From positions 95,418,001 through 95,482,000 of the forward strand of contig OX597823.1 of assembly GCA_951406725.2 (NCBI GenBank): a stretch of DNA of 64,000 bases, written 5' to 3'. Made by a program: the position numbers and the translations under genes. How positions within the stretch are numbered: the first letter of the stretch is position 1; each line of letters opens with the position of its first letter. A model generated the notes under the pieces. It did not search any database. It was not told where the DNA came from and was given only the letters and a program-made list of their open reading frames with translations. Below are positions 1 to 13,279 of this stretch, piece after piece. This stretch comes from Octopus vulgaris (Eukaryota).

Positions 1-146
1 AGCTGAAAAGAAATAGTGAAAGAAAGAATAATGTATTCATTGAAACCAGAGGCGATGAAGAGCTTAGCAGCCGACCCACCAAAGTTACTTGACAGGTTTC
101 CAACTGTTTGGTATTGGTTTGAGAGTTATAAAATATTAATATTGAA

Positions 147-518
147 CAGGCACAGACATGGCTGTTTTGTAAGAGGTTTGCTTCCCAACCACATAGCTCT
201 GGGTTCAATCCCACCGTGTGGCACCATGGTCAAGTATTTTCTATTATAACCACGGGTCAACCAAAGCCTTGTGAGTGGATTTGGTAAAATGAAACTAAAA
301 TAAATTCGTTTTATATTTGTGTTTGTCTCCTCTCATTCCTCGACAACTGGTGTGTTTATGTCCCTGTAACTTAGAAGTTCAGTTAAAGTGACCGATAGAA
401 TAAGCATTAGGCTTTATAAAATGAGTCCTAGGGTCCATTCATTTGACTACAACTTCTTCGAGGTGATGCCTCAGCATGGCCGGGCTCTAATGATTGAAAC
501 AAGTAAAAGATAGAAGAT
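147..518 (+). mobile_element. tRNA-derived SINE (family recurring at about 4247, 11235, 15545, 33990, 52860)
   Basis: A/B-box-like head (ggctgt..gtaagaggtttgcttcccaaccac..gggttcaatccc), shared core (aagccttgtgagtggatttggta) and tail (cagcatggcc...tgaaacaagtaaaagata). Confidence 0.75.
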
Positions 519-519
519 C

Positions 520-555
<36 letters not shown>

Positions 556-761
556 TTGTGTGTGTGTATCAGGTCACCCCATAAGTTCTGTTGGTCACCC
601 CATAAGTTCTGTTGGACTTTACATTTTTTAAAAGTGAATGAAATTTAATAGTATTTTAGAATGTCTAATGGAATTAAAAATTATTTTTATGCGTTTGTGT
701 AAATCTAAACTAATTAAATATTATTTTACAGAATAATAGAATTAAAATGTTTTTGATTAAA

Positions 762-2796
762 ACCCTTCGTAATCTCAACTCTTCATGGATTGATTATAAA
801 AAAGCCTTTGACAGCATACCACATTCGTGGATTCTGGAATCGCTGGAAATCGCTGGACATTTTCAAAATTTCTCCTGTGATTTCAGATTTTTTAAAGTAT
901 ATGTCACTATGGAACACGAAGCTCTAATTATATCATTCTAATGGAGTATTGCACTCAAACAATATTAGCAAAACCTGTGGCATAAACTGTGGCATTTTCC
1001 AAGGTAACTCACTTTCACCACTAATTTTCTCCATTGCACTAATACCACTCTCAAGTGAACTGAATAGAACCGCTTATGGCTACAAAATTGACAACAGGAA
1101 AATAAGCCATCTATTTTATATGGATTATTTAAAACTATGTCAAAGATGATGAAGACCCTGAAGGACTACTACATACTGTGAAAAGATTCAGTGATGATAT
1201 CGAGATGGAGTTTGGCCTTGAAAAGTGTGCCAAAGCCACTTTTAAGAAAGGGAAATTGGTAAAGTCAAGTTTAATCGAATTAGATGTCGAACCAGTAATA
1301 AATGAACTTGAGCAGGAACAAACCTGTAAATATCTAGGAATAAATGAAGGCCCTGGTATCCAGCATGCAAGCATGAAAGAGAAGGTTAGGAAGGAATGTT
1401 ATAGAAGAGTTCGAGCAGTCCTGAAGTCAGCTGAATGCATATAATAAGGTTTTAGCCATAAATTCCTTAGCAGTACCAGTTGTTCTTTATAGATTCAATG
1501 TGCTTAACTGGAATACCAGTGAAATAATGAAAATTGACAGAAAAATCCGTAAGCTACTGACTTGTAATAAGATGCACCATCCAAAGGCAGACGTGGATCG
1601 TCTTTACATTCCCAAAGCTCAAGGAAGTCGAGGCTTGATCCAGCTTGAACTTACGTACAAAACCACCACAATCGGACTGCCCAAATATCTTGAAACAACC
1701 AACGTTTGGATGCTAAAACTTGTTGAGAAACATGAAAGACTGTAAAGATTTCACTCTATTTTCAAAGAGAGCAAAATATTTGCTACTGATCTCTTAGATA
1801 CCTACCAGATTGATCAGGTTGAAGGAAATGCGCCAACTGCTGCTGCAAAGAAAATAAAATTAATTGCAAATTAGCTAGCAGATGGGAACAGAAACCTCTG
1901 CATTGCAAGTATGTGGCCCGTAGCAAACAAGCTGATGTCGACCAGAAACACACGCACCAAAGGTTACAAAGCTCAGGGCTAAAAGCAGAGAGTGAAGGAT
2001 TCATATTAGCTGCTCAAGACCAAAGCTTATTAACCAGGAACTACCAAGCCAATGTGATAAAAAATGGAGCTGACCCAAAATGCCGATTCTGTAACGATGA
2101 GATTGAAACAATAGACCACCTAATCTCAGGGTGTAGAGTCTTAGCACCTTTAGAATATAAAGCAAGACATGAAAGAGTCGGCCAATATTTACACTGGACA
2201 ATATGTCGGCATTATAAAATCAAAACCGCTGGGAAATGGTATAAACACCATCTTGAAGCTGTGACCGAGGGAGAAAATGTGTCGATTCTATGGGATCCCC
2301 GTACAAAATGACAAAACTATAAAAGCTAATAAACCGGATATTATAAAAAATCAGACAAAAAGGTGAGTTTATTAATTGACATGAGTATTCCTTGCGATCA
2401 CAATATAGCGGCGAAAGAATTTGACAAGATTAGTAAATATAAAGACTTGCTAATAGAAACTGAAAAATGTGGCATCTCAAGGCGACTACAGTACCAGTGA
2501 TTGTAGGATCTCTAGGAATGAAAAAAAGGTACTGAAACCTATTTGAAAATGATACCAGGCTTAGCATCCCTACAGGAAGTGCAAAATATCATATTAACTG
2601 GAACAGCTCATGTACTGAGAAGAGCATTATCGCTGTGAAAACATCCATTCATGAATTTATTTATTAATTTTTTAAATACATATTTTACCTGTGAATTTGC
2701 GTTTGTAATATGGGAATGCATACGATGAGCTTCTCTGCCCAAGGTGTACGGAAAACACTCGGCGAGAAACGGAAGAAAATTTGAAGAAAGAAGACA
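762..2796 (+). mobile_element. 5'-truncated Dong/R4-like (RLE) non-LTR retrotransposon, decayed, antisense in SLC22 intron 7
   Basis: RT fragments WIDYKKAFDSIPH, GIFQGNSLSPL, HLFYMD, HPKADVDRLY; CCHC CRFC..ETIDHLISGC; RHERV; NKPDII; ends in an (AAT)n tail. Confidence 0.88.
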
Positions 2797-2802
2797 ATAA
2801 TG

Positions 2803-2866
<64 letters not shown>

Positions 2867-2942
2867 TAATAATAATAATAATGATGCTGCTGCTGCTGAT
2901 GATGATGATAACAAAAAGAACAAGAACAACAACAATAATGAT
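2797..2942 (+). repeat. (AAT)n microsatellite, tail/target of the Dong element
   Basis: Visible directly. Confidence 0.95.
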
Positions 2943-2950
2943 TCGTTTAC

Positions 2951-3177
2951 CTTTTGTGCCGTAGAGAACGGGAAATATTCCAGCGATACAAGTGACTCCA
3001 GTCAAAACCATCTGGCTAGTATGCAATGTTTTTCTTCCGACACGATTTAACAGAAGTATGCACAGAGTATAGGCCGGAAACTCGACAATCGCATTCAAAA
3101 AAAAATTCATATAGAGATTGCCATACAATTTGCCAACATTAAGAGAAAGGCCGTAATATACCATACTCACAGTCGCC
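2951..3177 (-). CDS. SLC22-like transporter exon 7; remaining exons presumably lie left of the window
   Basis: Acceptor tttatatag|G; ATVSMVYYGLSLNVGKLYGNLYMNFFLNAIVEFPAYTLCILLLNRVGRKTLH...FPVLYGTK; donor G|GTAAAC; 227 nt, phase 2 to 1. Confidence 0.93.
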
Positions 3178-4246
3178 CTATATAAAAGAAATGAAACAGT
3201 TTATATAATGTACAAACATGCACAAAAATTGCTGACCAAACTCTGGTTAGATGGCTACGTAATTTCTTAGAGAGAATTATAATAATTTTTGAACGTTGAG
3301 ACCAACAGCAAGTAAAGTTAAACAACTAACTGTCTAATATAGACAATTAAGACAACTCAACAACTGAGGCAGAGTTAGCCAACAAGAGCCAGTTAATGAA
3401 AGTAACTTTATATTTTTGGATAAATGGTGAGTAGATGGTTTGTATGTGTATGTGGCCTTTTTTACCTTATGTGTGCATGAAGTGTTTATGAAGTAGAAAA
3501 TATTCACTGATTTGTCAGTAGTCTCTGACACTTGTTAGCCTTCGGTAATTCTTAGTGATATAGTTTTCTAAATTTGATGAAGGGCCCTGCCTAAATCATC
3601 ATATCCTTCCTCTTCCTCACAGTAAATAAATATCTAAAATGGTTTGTCAGTTTAACTCATGGTCCCAGAAGACAAATTAGAAATGGTGTTGTCTCAGATG
3701 CACTGGAACAGCCACTCTGACCCACAAGGGCTCACACTTGCAGACAGCTGTCTCCACCCTGATAGTGGTGAACAGTGACTTGGTTGATGGCCGAGAATGC
3801 TTGACGTCTCCACTGACGCAGGCTTGACCACAAACCTGTCAGAGAATGGCCAATACTTTGATAACTTACTTTTAGGGTCTTGTTACCATGGTTTTGTTTC
3901 AATTAATTTTGAAAATAAAGAAGAATTTAATAAAATGATTTGCCCATAATTAAGACTGGAACACAAATAAACATGAAATTTTAATGGAAAATTTCAAATT
4001 AGATCAAACAGGAAGTCTGTATGATACAACAAGGGACATTCTCATGTGGGTTGATATCAAAAGGGTCAACTAAGTTTTACTTCTTATTTTATCATTCTTT
4101 GCTTTGCTCTAAAAAGAATTCCTTTATTTCATTTTCATGTAAGCATCCTTGCACACTTAGTATCTTTGATATTCCTTCAAGTTTGACTTCATATGAATTT
4201 CTTGCAAGAAAACTTCCACAAATATCTGCATCATTCTGATCAATAT

Positions 4247-4610
4247 AGGTGCATGCATGGCTGCGTGGTAAGAAGTTTGCTCCCCAACTACATGGCTCCA
4301 ATTTCAGTCCCAGTGCGCGGCACCTTGAGCAAGTGTCTTCTATCCTAATCAACGGGCTGGCCACACACACACACACACACACAGCTATGTGTGGATCTTT
4401 GTCTATGTGCTTGTTCCCCTACCACTGTCTGATAACCTCTGGTGGTTTGTTTATGTCCCCATAACGTAAAGGCTTCAAAGAAACCAATGAAATCAGCACC
4501 AGAATTTAAAAAGTCAGAAGTCAATTAATTCAAGTATATGTTTTTTCAAGACGGTGCCCCAGCATGGCCGCAGTCAAATGTCTGAAAGAAGTAAACGATA
4601 AAAGATAAAG
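4247..4610 (+). mobile_element. tRNA-derived SINE
   Basis: Same head and tail as 147-518. Confidence 0.7.
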
Positions 4611-4645
4611 AGTACTCAGAAAATGGTAAATGTAATATCACTTAC

Positions 4646-4858
4646 CAGTTTAGCATCAAAATTAGGGTCCGTTTTAGAAGCTGAGGAATGGTAAACATTT
4701 TCCAGATTTCTACCTTTTTCTCGTTCGATGAAGAAATGTTGACCATTTCTGTTGGAGGCAAAACTGTTTTATTCAGTTTGGCGATGTTGCTAAGAATTAA
4801 GTTGGCATCTTTTGTTCTCTTTTTATTGAGGAGCCATCGGGGAGACTCGTCCAGGAAA
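4646..4858 (-). CDS. SLC22-like transporter exon 6
   Basis: Acceptor ttctatttgcaag|T (AAG); FLDESPRWLLNKKRTKDANLILSNIAKLNK...IWKMFTIPQLLKRTLILMLNW carries the ESPRWL signature; donor TG|GTAAGT; 213 nt, phase 2 to 2. Confidence 0.9.
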
Positions 4859-5744
4859 CTTGCAAATAGAAAACGGAAAATACAACAGCAACAACACACA
4901 CACACACATACACACACAGACACACACACAAACACACAAACACACACACACAAACACACACATATATATACACACATTCACATAATACATACATACATAC
5001 ATACATACATACAAAGAGACAAATAAGTAAATAGACATTTATTCAAGGTGCCATACAGTGAGACTGAACCCAGAACCATGTGTTTGGGAAGCAAACGTCT
5101 TACCACAAAGTCACGCCTGCATCTTTGATGTTAATAAAGATGTTTAAAAGTCAGGTGAAGCCTGTATTTAAAGCTTCTTAAGTTACTCGTCTCTAAACAT
5201 CGAATGCTTTCGCCCCAAAAGAAGAACTAATCTACATAATTGGATTCAAACGAAGGTACAGGTGTTAGATCAGAGTTTTCCTTCCACTAGAGAGATATCT
5301 AAACAAAGACTAAGGGTTCTTCACCCCCAGCTGTCCATTGACGGGTTTCGTTTCTCATCCAGGAGGGTGTTCGACATAAACACACCCCAGCCCCACCCGC
5401 CTTCCCAAGCAAGCTTTTTAGGGTTGTAGGTTTCGTCGCCAACAATGTAACGGGTTGTATATACATATACACATACGTGCACCCTAACACATACACATAC
5501 ACGTACACATACGCACATATCCATTCATCTACCCATATATACATCCATACGTATATACATATATGCACCCATATATACTTAAGTACGTCCGTATATATAA
5601 ATCCATGCACCCATACATTCATTTACTCATACGTACATACATGCATGTATTGATACATACACCCAGCCATATTTATATCTGTATAACCATACAGGTATAA
5701 ATGCATCCATCCATCCTTCCACCCATACACACATGCATACCTAC

Positions 5745-5916
5745 CAGACATAGGCGACACCGAGCACCAGTGACGGGATTGATATTATGATCATCAAAGT
5801 CCTCCAGGTCCTCACAAAGTAAGTCAGAAGAGAAAGGATCATGTATCCGCCGGTAAACACCATTTGGATGGCAATGGAAGATTTCATTCTACTGTCCACC
5901 GAAGACACTTCAGAAG
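5745..5916 (-). CDS. SLC22-like transporter exon 5
   Basis: Acceptor aattctag|CT; ASEVSSVDSRMKSSIAIQMVFTGGYMILSLLTYFVRTWRTLMIIISIPSLVLGVAYV (R-x-WR motif); donor TG|GTAGGT; 172 nt, phase 1 to 2. Confidence 0.92.
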
Positions 5917-6000
5917 CTAGAATTTGAAACAATGATGATGAGGAAAGACAATGACAACAATTACGAAGATGATGATATAAAGAGGGAATTTATAATACAA

Positions 6001-6035
6001 ACACACGCACACACACACACACACACACGCGCGTG

Positions 6036-6131
<96 letters not shown>

Positions 6132-6169
6132 GTATATATATATATATATATATATAAATGTATATATAC

Positions 6170-6212
<43 letters not shown>

Positions 6213-6228
6213 GTATATATACATATAA

Positions 6229-6268
<40 letters not shown>

Positions 6269-6276
6269 CATATATT

Positions 6277-6317
<41 letters not shown>

Positions 6318-6426
6318 TGATTTTATATATACATATAAATGTGTATTATAAGATAATATATTATAATATATATATATATATATATTCTGATTGAACTAGT
6401 ACTTTCATATATATGTATATATACAG

Positions 6427-6484
<58 letters not shown>
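6001..6484. repeat. (CA)n/(TA)n compound microsatellite
   Basis: Visible directly. Confidence 0.95.
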
Positions 6485-6488
<4 letters not shown>

Positions 6489-6552
6489 TGGGCTAGCCTA
6501 CCTCATTGTCTGGGGGCGTCGACATAACATTAACTCTTGTTTTCTCGTGTTC

Positions 6553-6588
6553 CTTTCTGTTGAAGAGCGTAGGCTCGAAACTTAAAAG
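6553..6588 (+). ncRNA. Degenerate minimal hammerhead-ribozyme-like motif
   Basis: CTTT CTGTTGA A GAGC-gtag-GCTC GAAAC TTA AAAG: stem I CTTT/AAAG and stem II GAGC/GCTC intact; core has substitutions. Confidence 0.5.
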
Positions 6589-7657
6589 ACTTTCTTACCT
6601 TCCCGAGCGTTAAACTAATACACCTGTTTGTTGTTTAAACACATGTCTTCGTCTCTTGTTCTTTAGTAAATTCCAACTGTGTGTGTGTGCGCGCGCGCGC
6701 ATTATATTCAACTTACGTTGAAAATAAACAAAGTTTGCTTTAGAAGCTTTGAGATGTATTGAAAGATAAGGAAATAATTTTATTCTCAAACGCAGGAGAA
6801 TGCTAATAATATAGCATGAACAGGATAAACTATCCATATTTTGCAGAAATCTGTCGGTAGCCAGTCATGAGATTCGGACTCACACACCTGTGATTACGCG
6901 TCTAGTGCTTTACCATTAAGCTAAACTGAGTCAGCGAAAATTTTTCTGCAAATTTAGGATTTATATATCTAGCTTTATAAGACGCTACTGTACGTTAAAT
7001 TCAAATTATGGATAGTTATCTGTTTATATATATTGTTGGCCTGCTCGCTTAGCGAGCGGGGTGGCGTCATTTGAAGGCTAAAACAATTCAAAGTGCATTG
7101 TGACCAGTGATGTGTAGCAACATCTGATAGCCTAGTCGGTCACGGTGATATATATATATATATATATATTTAGATATATATAAATAGTGGTAAACGAATT
7201 ATTAGCCGTACAGGCAAATTAATAAAATATATACATACAATATTAGATTTGTACATATATACGTAAGGGTACTACACGAGTACCTATATCGCTAATTATA
7301 GAAGTCAGAAAATACTTCTGTACCACCGAAAAGTCACAAATTTATTACAGACAAGATAGGAAAAAATATCAGTGAATAATAATAATGTCTTACCTCAAAT
7401 AGGTCAGAACAAGTAAATGCTGGTCAACTCGGTACCGGTTTCGAAATTTAACGCATATATATATATCATGACGATGATGTGTATATGTATACATATGTAT
7501 GTGTGTATAAATGTGTGTACACACGCACATAACTATTTTTACATCATTTTTATTCAGCTGAGGATTTCAAATGCGACTTTAGAGTTGGGTATTCCGTACG
7601 TGGCACTTGTGTCAATTAACAAAAATATTAATAAAATTATATGCATACATACATACA

Positions 7658-7689
<32 letters not shown>

Positions 7690-7917
7690 ACTAAATTTAA
7701 CTGATATTGATGGGTGAGCGTTTGGCCAATAAGATTCGCAAGGCGTCACGAAAGCGTCGATTTTTGAGTTCGATTCTGCCTGAGGTTAGCTCATCATTTT
7801 TCAGTCATTTGTTTACATTAAACAAATTGTCGATTCAAATCGGAGAATAAATATCATTATGCTATATATTATATGCAGTTATATATATATATAGATGATA
7901 CATACATACTTACTTAC

Positions 7918-8012
<95 letters not shown>

Positions 8013-8308
8013 ATAAAATGTTTTTCCAGAAAAATTTCATCAAAAGTGGCACCATATTAAAATACTTTTAAAGGTTAAAATTATAAACAATTTATAGATA
8101 AGGGCAAAAAAAAATTATTTCTATGCCAAAATGCTGAGAACAGACTTTAAATCGTCAATTACCACATACCAACGCACTCGTTTAACCTGTTACATTTTAT
8201 TCTGTTTGTTCATAACCTATATATATGTGTGTGGGTGGGTGTTTATATGTGTATCTGTTTTTTTTTTGTGTGCGTGTATATATACATGCCACCATGAATA
8301 TGTGTGCA

Positions 8309-9150
8309 TACGAGGTGGTATGAAAATCTTCCAAGACTATTTATATATTTAAGTTTTAAACATCATCTCTTTCGAAATAGCCACCTTACGCAACAATTCA
8401 CCCGTCCCAGTGTTCCTGCCAGTTTTGGTATCCAGCCTGGAAGTCGTTTTCTGTAAACATGTCGAGGACCTTCTGTCTTTCTCTCTTGATCTTGACAATG
8501 GTGTCGAAATGGCAACCTTTGAGCTGCGTTTTCATGTTGGGGGAAGAAACGGAAGTGCGCAGGTGCAAGATCTGGCGAATATGGCGCATGTGGAAGCGAT
8601 ACGATGTTGCTTTGGCGGGAAACTCACAGGTGAGAAGAGCTCGGTGACAGGGGGCACTGTCGTCGTTATGAATTTTAATTTTTTGTTCTCCGCAAATCCG
8701 ATCGCTTTCGCCGAATGTCCTCCCTCAAACGCTTCAAAACCTCGTTCGTTGCCATCCGTCCATCCTCAGGCACGAGCTGATCAATGCTCTCAACATTTCC
8801 GGTAGGTGACGCTCGTGGCAGGTCTTCCTGATCGTTCATCCTCTCCCAGGGACGTTCTTCCTCTTTTGAAGCATCCGTGCCACTTGAAACTGCGAACAAC
8901 TCATTGCCTCATCATCGTAAGATTCCTGAAGCATGCTCAATGTCTCTGTAGGAGACTTCGCAATTTTGACGCAAAATTTCACGTTGGTTCTTTGTTCCAA
9001 CTTCCTGTCCTTGACAAAAAGTGCAGACTACACCATACACGTGATCCCAAGAACACAAATTTTACAACTTGCGAACACAGGAATGTCACTTGGCACACTG
9101 CCTCATGAAGACTATTGCCTTTCCACTCAGAGCAACGTAACATTTCTTGC
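8309..9150 (-). mobile_element. Mariner-type DNA transposon, internally deleted
   Basis: TA-CGAGG terminus at 8309; fragments VLKRLREDIRRKRSDL and KTQLKGCHFDT...FQAGYQNWQEHW; related to the 41355-42258 element. Confidence 0.75.
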
Positions 9151-9306
9151 GTAATGAGATAAAACAAAGTTGTTTATGATTAAAAACCATCAAAGGATCT
9201 CCTTCTAATGGACGAGAGCAGATAAAGAATAAACGACAGAACATAATTGAACTTGCATTCAAATTTAAAAGTGAATATTTATGGTGTTTTATTGTTGTAT
9301 GCTTAC

Positions 9307-9461
9307 CAAAGACAACTGAGGGAATGTAGGATCCAGCACCACCAATAGCAGTGATAAAGCGTAACACATATATGGCATAAATATTGGAGATGAAGGCCAT
9401 TGCTACTCCGGTTGACCCTTGCAAGAATAAACACACAATTATCACTTTCTTGCGACCAAAT
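9307..9461 (-). CDS. SLC22-like transporter exon 4
   Basis: Acceptor ccttttcag|A; FGRKKVIIVCLFLQGSTGVAMAFISNIYAIYVLRFITAIGGAGSYIPSVVF completes MFS motif A (SDRFGRK); donor G|GTAAGC; 155 nt, phase 2 to 1. Confidence 0.93.
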
Positions 9462-9502
9462 CTGAAAAGGATTAAAGAGACAAACTTAAATTTCATCTGA
9501 TT

Positions 9503-9540
<38 letters not shown>

Positions 9541-9611
9541 ACACACACACTCACACACACATGCACACACACACACATGCACACACACACGCACACACAC
9601 GCACACACACA

Positions 9612-10050
9612 TGAGGCGTGCTCAAAAGGTATCCGAATTTAATGTTTTCTCCTCCAAATCTAATGTCACGTGGGCAAAATACTTTGGAGGGGGGGGGGGG
9701 TGACACTGCCCTTCCTGCGCCTGTTGGCTGCATCAATTCTTGGCTGTTATGCCTAAAGTACAGATATGCAGTTCTCACGTGGATTTTCATGTTTGGCCAA
9801 AAGCTTGGTGGTACTCAAGCTCAACCCATCCAGAGAATTCAACAAACCATTGGCGATATGATACCATGGACAAAACTCGGATTAAGGGGTGGTATAACTA
9901 CTCCAAACATGGTTTCTACTGAGTGGTGAGTGAGGCATGTTCAGGCAGGCCATCCACAAGCGGAAACGAGGCGGTGACTGAGAAGATTCGGCGAATAGTT
10001 ATGGAAGGACATCATGTAACAAGCCAGGAGATTACTTATGAAGGAAGTTA
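9612..10050 (+). mobile_element. Mariner 5' fragment
   Basis: Terminus-like tgaggcgtgctcaaaaggtatccg; SGRPSTS...EKIRRIVMEGHHVTSQEI (HTH/GRP motif). Confidence 0.55.
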
Positions 10051-11019
10051 TCCATGAATTCCATAGAACCTTTGAATCATCAGATCTTTTGTCCCCCATT
10101 TTCCCTTTTGTGAAATTACTTTGGTGAAGAGTTCTTTAATATTATTTGCTTATATTTTCATATGTTTTTTTTATGTTATTTTTACTTCACCTCTTTTAAT
10201 TTCTTCTTGTTATTTTGCTTAAATTAAGGATGGGGAATTCCTGAATTTCTTTCTAGCATTTGAACTTAATTGATATGAGGATATCCAAATACGATGAACA
10301 TTTTTTTCTATAATGATAGCAACACAATATATCTTTACTTTGATATTTACTTCTATGGCCCAAATCCATGTAATTTCGTCCAATTCTGGCCTTAAGTACA
10401 CAGATGAGCTAGCTTTCTTTATTTGCTTTAATTTGTGAAGAAACAGTTGTACTATATATTAGTGTTTATTAATGTGTCTTTTACTTGTTTCAGTCTTTCG
10501 ATTGTGGCCATGCCGGGGCACTGCCTTGAGGAATGTCTAGTCAAATGAAACGATCCCATTACTTTTTTCTCAAGCCTGGTACTAATCTTATGGTATGTAG
10601 AAATTTATATACGTTTAGGTATTTCTCAGCCAGAATTTACCATCTACCTACATTCTTTTGTTAGAAACAAAACATTGAGGCACCCAATTACTAAGGACTT
10701 TAATACTGGACTTTGTGCCTTTGACCTTTGCATTGTCAAATCCAATACATCCAATAATACCAAAAGCAACAACAATACTCTCCCACCTTGTGCTGACCTA
10801 TGAAAAGAGAAACACCTACACACTTGTCTACAAATTTCTACCTGCATGAATAAATTCTAAACAATAACATCGTCCCACATTTAATCAATAAAAATTTCTC
10901 CAAAACACCTCTCCATAATAACCAACCATAAAAACCTGATTACCACTCCATTCAAACCCACACACCAAAGGAAGATTCTAGCTCTCAGACTATATAAAGG
11001 CAAGACCAACTCTAATGAA

Positions 11020-11069
11020 TTGCAGTCGGACTATGGCTTAGCTGGTCGAAACTTCGAAGTCACTGTCAA
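11020..11069 (+). ncRNA. Degenerate minimal hammerhead-like motif in a probable Penelope pLTR remnant
   Basis: TTG-CAGT [CGGACTA] ... GGTC GAAAC TTCGAA GTC ACTGTCAA; palindromic stem III; TATATAAA 30 nt upstream (10991). Confidence 0.5.
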
Positions 11070-11170
11070 CAACATTCTTGCTTAAGAATAATAAATATTC
11101 ATTTATATATATATACACAAACACACACAAACACATTCAACGCCCCCACCACCACAAGTATATATTATAT

Positions 11171-11202
<32 letters not shown>

Positions 11203-11234
11203 CAAACACACACATACATACACACACACAGACG

Positions 11235-11625
11235 CAGGATTGGCTGTGTGGTAAGAAGCTTGTTCCCCAACCACATAGCTCCGATTTAGATATTGGGCAA
11301 GTGTCTTTTAGTATAACCTCGGGCCGACCAAGGCCTTGTGAGTGGATTTGGTAGACAGAAACTGAAAGAAACCCGCCACACACACATACACATATGTGCA
11401 CGTATATATTTGTGTTTGTATGTGAGTGTGTGTGTGAGTGTGTCTGTGTGTGTGTGTGTGTTTGTGTTTGTCCCCCTCCATCGCTTGATAACCGTAGTGG
11501 TTCGGCAAAAGGAACCGATACAATAAGTACTAGATTTACAATAAATAAGTCCTGGGCTTGATTTGTTCGACTACAGGTGGTGCTCCAGCATGGCCGCAGT
11601 CAAGTGACTGGAAGAAGTATAAGAA
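11235..11625 (+). mobile_element. tRNA-derived SINE with internal (TG)n
   Basis: Shared head, core and tail with 147-518. Confidence 0.7.
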
Positions 11626-11682
11626 TATGTGTGTGTATGAACGTCTGTGTGTGTATATATATATATAGTCTATACATGTATG

Positions 11683-11715
<33 letters not shown>

Positions 11716-12304
11716 ACCTGTGTGTGTGCCTGTGTGCACGACGGTGTGTGTGTGTACCAATGTTTATACGTATTTATATATGTCCATATTTGAGTATGTA
11801 TTTATACTCTTGTTCCCAGATCTGACTCCTAATAGTAGCACCTGTTAAGGTTCCAGGTATGGTTTAATTTGCATGTAAATCACTGGGAATGATGGACCCC
11901 TATTTCTTGTCAGAACTTCCTCTTAGGCAAAGGTAAACTTATATAAAAAAAGCATTGCAGTGCAGTTGGCTTCTGGTCATCTCAGCCTCTGTTGTGCCTC
12001 TGGTTTTATGGCTGTTTACTCAGAAAAGTGGTTCTTCTCAAAACAAATCCATGCACAGGAACTTCTTGGACTCTCAGAACGTTTGCAAGGAAGTTTTGAA
12101 CTTATGAAGTGGTCATGCTCGGTCATGAGTTAACATCCACAACCATATATACATATACATGTACTACACAGAAACAGACCGACAGACAGACAGACAGACA
12201 GACACACATACACACACAAAATATATATATATGAAATGTGCAAAAACGCAAAATAGAATGCAAACACTGAACACACCAGCATGCAGATACGACACGGGAC
12301 TTAC

Positions 12305-12408
12305 CTGTCTGATAAAATTCCACAGCCGACCATGGCGAAAAGGTAGCCCATGAAGAAAAAGGTAATGGTGTGACTTGCCAGAATCGCTTTATCGCAAACG
12401 AGATTCAG
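12305..12408 (-). CDS. SLC22-like transporter exon 3
   Basis: Acceptor ctcatcgcag|; LNLVCDKAILASHTITFFFMGYLFAMVGCGILSDR; donor AG|GTAAGT; 104 nt, phase 0 to 2. Confidence 0.93.
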
Positions 12409-12469
12409 CTGCGATGAGAAATATGAAAATTATTTAATGTATACAGTTTATAATTTTGATAATAATAAA

Positions 12470-13208
<739 letters not shown>

Positions 13209-13279
13209 TACTGTGTTTTAATATTAAAATTGAAAAAAATTTACCTTGTTTTGTAAAATATTTTGGACCTGGGTTTGCA

